A stretch of 64,000 nucleotides of DNA from Geosiphon pyriformis uo1 (lineage: Eukaryota; Fungi; Glomeromycota). Below are positions 62,435 to 64,000 of the stretch, one piece after another. Under the pieces are notes generated by a model that searched no databases, had not been told where the DNA came from, and worked only from the letters and a program-made list of their open reading frames with translations. The first letter of the stretch is position 1, and every line of letters begins with the position of its first letter. The stretch is from contig JAAOMT010000088.1 of NCBI GenBank assembly GCA_016748015.1, positions 279,663 to 343,662 on the forward strand. Reading direction: 5' to 3'. Position numbers and translations under genes: made by a program.

Positions 62435-62940
62435 TCCAGTGTTTTTGGTTAAATTAAAAATAAAAGAAACAAAAAGCTTAGTATTTTGTTTCGGAATCTG
62501 CATCCAAATCAGTAACTATTAATTTGTGACATGTCAAAAATTTTCTATTTATCTTACATAACAATTAGCTCTTTGGACGTAAAAAAAAACAATTATCTTT
62601 CTAGGCATGTATCATACAACCAAACAATTTCTGAACACGCACCGTACCAAATCAGATCCCAAAACTAATACTGAGTTTCATAATAGGGAATCTTTCTTTT
62701 TCGTTTTCTATAATTTGCTTACCGCTGATTATGAATACAAATAGGTTTTCAGTTGCCGAAATGGTTGTGATCATTGTGGCAGTTTAAAGCCACTTTCTCT
62801 GCTAACACAAACACCTTTTCACGCTCACGCATTTACTGCAAACACCCACACTCGAGCTAATAAACGTAAGGACTGAAATTATATGTTTGATTTTTGTAAT
62901 TTCTGCTCATTTTCATTCAATTTAGGTTACTCCTTGCTTG

Positions 62941-63175
62941 TTACACCCATAGTGGGAGTAACTTTGTGAAGTTATCTTCACATAAGAGCACTCTGTATAT
63001 GCTGTTGTCGAGAAAAAGTTGGTCGGCAAAGATATGGTCAAAACATAGGCCGCTTCTTTTCTTTGACCACATTGAGAATAGCGGCAGATTTGGATTTTGT
63101 GACCTCCGCTGTGAACACATGGTTGGCAGGAGGTTTGCCATGAACTAAAAAGTTTAGTAATATACCGTCGGCCAT
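62941..63175 (-). pseudogene. Crinkler (CRN) N-terminal ubiquitin-like domain relic, frameshifted and truncated
   Basis: ATG 63175 MADGILLNFLVHGKPPANHVFTAEVTKSKSAAILNVVKEKKRPMF*. Removing one T from the run before TGA (63040-63038) continues DHIFADQLFL...KLLPLWV*. Matches the fungal CRN_N pattern L.CLVHG....F.V.I.....V..LK..IKEK....FDHI.AD.L.L. Confidence 0.7.
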
Positions 63176-64000
63176 TTTGAGCTTTCGCGTAAAGGAGAAC
63201 GAGCTCTTTCTGTTACGACCGGACGTTTTGAAATCAATTAAGGAGATTGCTTATGTGGATTCAAGTTCGGGCAAGTTTCTAAAGAAGAGCCCGAGCAGAA
63301 TAAATGGAAAAAATCGCACGAATTAATTATATCTAAATAATATGGGACTCACAATTGAGCTTGATTGGGCGCAGCGGATGTGTTGAGCGTTAGAACTCAT
63401 CGGTGCTTTTGTCACGGTTTGGTGCACTAAACAGAAAAAACTCACAGATTGAGCAGATTATTTAACACGAATATAAAATCGTTGACGGTACCCACAAATT
63501 CTGTGTTTTCTTAGTGAAATGAATAAAGACCATTTCTCTGATCCACCTGCTGATGAACTACTACTCTAGCCCATGGCGATAACTGCAGATTGTAGTATGT
63601 GATTTACAAAATATTCGTTAGATGTTGTTCCCTGAAATATAAGTTACCTTTAATTGTTATTTAAATTAGCATTATATTATCTTACAATTTTGTCATTCAA
63701 TATTCCATTATTAAATTAATTATTATATTAATTATTATTCTGATTTGTAATAATTTAAAAAATTTTGAAGTTTATATAAAATAATAACAAATATATTAGT
63801 TAATAAAATCAGTTGGGTATATAAATATTAATTACTTGAAATCATAATTTTAAAACAAAATAAGATCATTTACAAGTTATTAATTTCTTTTATTTCTTTT
63901 TAGTTTTCTTTTTTCTTTGATTTTTTTTGTTTTTTAGAGATTTACTGCTTATATTACAAACAATCAATATTCAACCATTTGAGAATTTAGTACAATATTA

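Noticed and set aside
57195-63148. Short plus-strand ORFs over LINE copy 2, ARC40 and the CRN relic
   Set aside because: Antisense to features supported on the minus strand.

Overview
Eukaryotic, intron-rich fungal DNA, most likely Glomeromycotina. The repeat proteins resemble those I recall from Geosiphon pyriformis; this is an inference and was not searched. Three gene islands hold six spliced genes: MAD1 (+); CLASRP-like (-), CHO1/PSS (+), CTF4/WDHD1 (-) and an uncharacterised Myb/SANT + U-box gene (+); and ARC40/ARPC1 (-). There is also a frameshifted Crinkler-like relic and a decaying pseudogene. The islands are separated by extremely AT-rich tracts (sampled lines roughly 5-15% GC) that are C>T/G>A-eroded transposons; a Gypsy gag and a hAT transposase can still be read in frame. 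One non-LTR retrotransposon family (ORF1 RRM-RRM-CCHC; ORF2 APE-RT-RNaseH-CCHC) dominates: two full-length decayed copies, one 5' fragment and two short 3' tails with TSDs. Two solo LTRs of one family are nested inside the LINE copies. The most notable signals are (i) a structured RNA element at the LINE 3' end, with a diverged, structure-preserving homologue inside the last CTF4 intron, (ii) frame-preserving, RIP-like hypermutation with an age series of copies, and (iii) a hairpin-loop micro-inversion between the two LTRs. Exon boundaries and alignments were read by eye.
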